Assembly (NCBI GenBank): GCA_035289345.1
Contig: DATDXK010000105.1
Location: 1-35,854 of the forward strand
Source of the DNA: Candidatus Nanoarchaeia archaeon
GTDB lineage: Archaea; Nanobdellota; Nanobdellia; Woesearchaeales; GW2011-AR9
Reading direction: 5' to 3'
Length of the DNA: 35,854 bases
Shown: positions 35,686 to 35,854 of the stretch, piece after piece
How positions within the stretch are numbered: position 1 is the stretch's first letter
Layout of the letters: every line of letters starts with the position of its first letter
Translations under genes and position numbers: made by a program
The notes under the pieces: generated by a model
Database searches by the model: none
What the model was told of the DNA's origin: nothing
The model's input: the letters and a program-made list of their open reading frames with translations, nothing else

Positions 35686-35854
35686 ATGAAAAGAGGCAAA
35701 AAGTTATCCCGTAAAAATAGTTCTTATCTAATTCTAGCCGCAGTGTTAATTGTTGCAGTTGTGGCCGTGATCATTGACTTAAACCAAAAGGGATTGTTGG
35801 TTGATGAAGAAGGCAATATTGTGGGGGAGGCGTCTAAATTTAAACCGACTTTCC
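35686..35854 (+). CDS. Partial (3'-truncated by the window) N-terminally membrane-anchored protein, apparent paralog of 1680-2024
   Basis: AAGGAG 8 nt upstream of the ATG. MKRGKKLSRKNSSYLILAAVLIVAVVAVIIDLNQKG... shares the SYL.IL..VL.VAV...NQ pattern with the 1680-2024 product. Confidence 0.5.
   Translation, partial: MKRGKKLSRKNSSYLILAAVLIVAVVAVIIDLNQKGLLVDEEGNIVGEASKFKPTF

Noticed and set aside
1-35854. Search for CRISPR arrays, rRNA genes, inteins and prophage-like blocks
   Set aside because: I saw no regularly spaced direct repeats, no rRNA-like conserved stretches, and no intein-sized insertions in Topo VI, DnaG or the helicase fragment. There was also no cluster of phage-type structural genes.

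Overview
The window is a low-GC, gene-dense archaeal chromosomal segment. The archaeal assignment rests on gene content: Topo VI subunits A and B, archaeal DnaG primase, a Nop5/fibrillarin operon, Rio1 kinase with a KH (Dim2-like) protein, ribosomal protein uS2, archaeal-type TrpRS, and an S-layer protein with Methanococcus-type N- and C-terminal domains. Short genes, many membrane-anchored orphan proteins, domain-reduced housekeeping genes and multi-intron tRNAs suggest a small-genome (DPANN-like) archaeon; this is inference only. I called about 40 CDS. Accessory content: an IS element at the left edge (1-1689) whose right end abuts and recodes the 3' end of a neighbouring gene; a VapBC pair; and a RelE-like toxin with no co-directional antitoxin but a convergent, overlapping 48-codon antitoxin-like ORF. 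Also present are an orphan Cas4-like Fe-S nuclease, a lone HerA/FtsK-type ATPase and a truncated Hel308-like helicase. No CRISPR array and no rRNA were seen. The most unusual observations: (1) two adjacent tRNA genes (Cys-GCA, Arg-UCU) that form cloverleaves only if two inserts are removed from each, including T-loop and D-loop positions; (2) a 22-24 nt repeat (GAGGCGGTTTCACGCATTTTTA) present three times, twice as a perfect 24-bp palindrome, and bracketing a 1.45-kb two-gene segment; (3) a HemK/Mtq2-like methyltransferase fused to a kinase-fold domain with an atypical catalytic loop; (4) a MazG-like gene translationally coupled between nop5 and flpA; (5) a 581-aa membrane protein with a 30-cysteine tandem Cys-pair repeat ectodomain; (6) a 530-bp intergenic region with promoter-plus-hairpin candidates for small RNAs. 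Functional calls come from motifs I recognised by eye, with no database search, and start codons were moved to the first ATG where the ORF track began at TTG or GTG.
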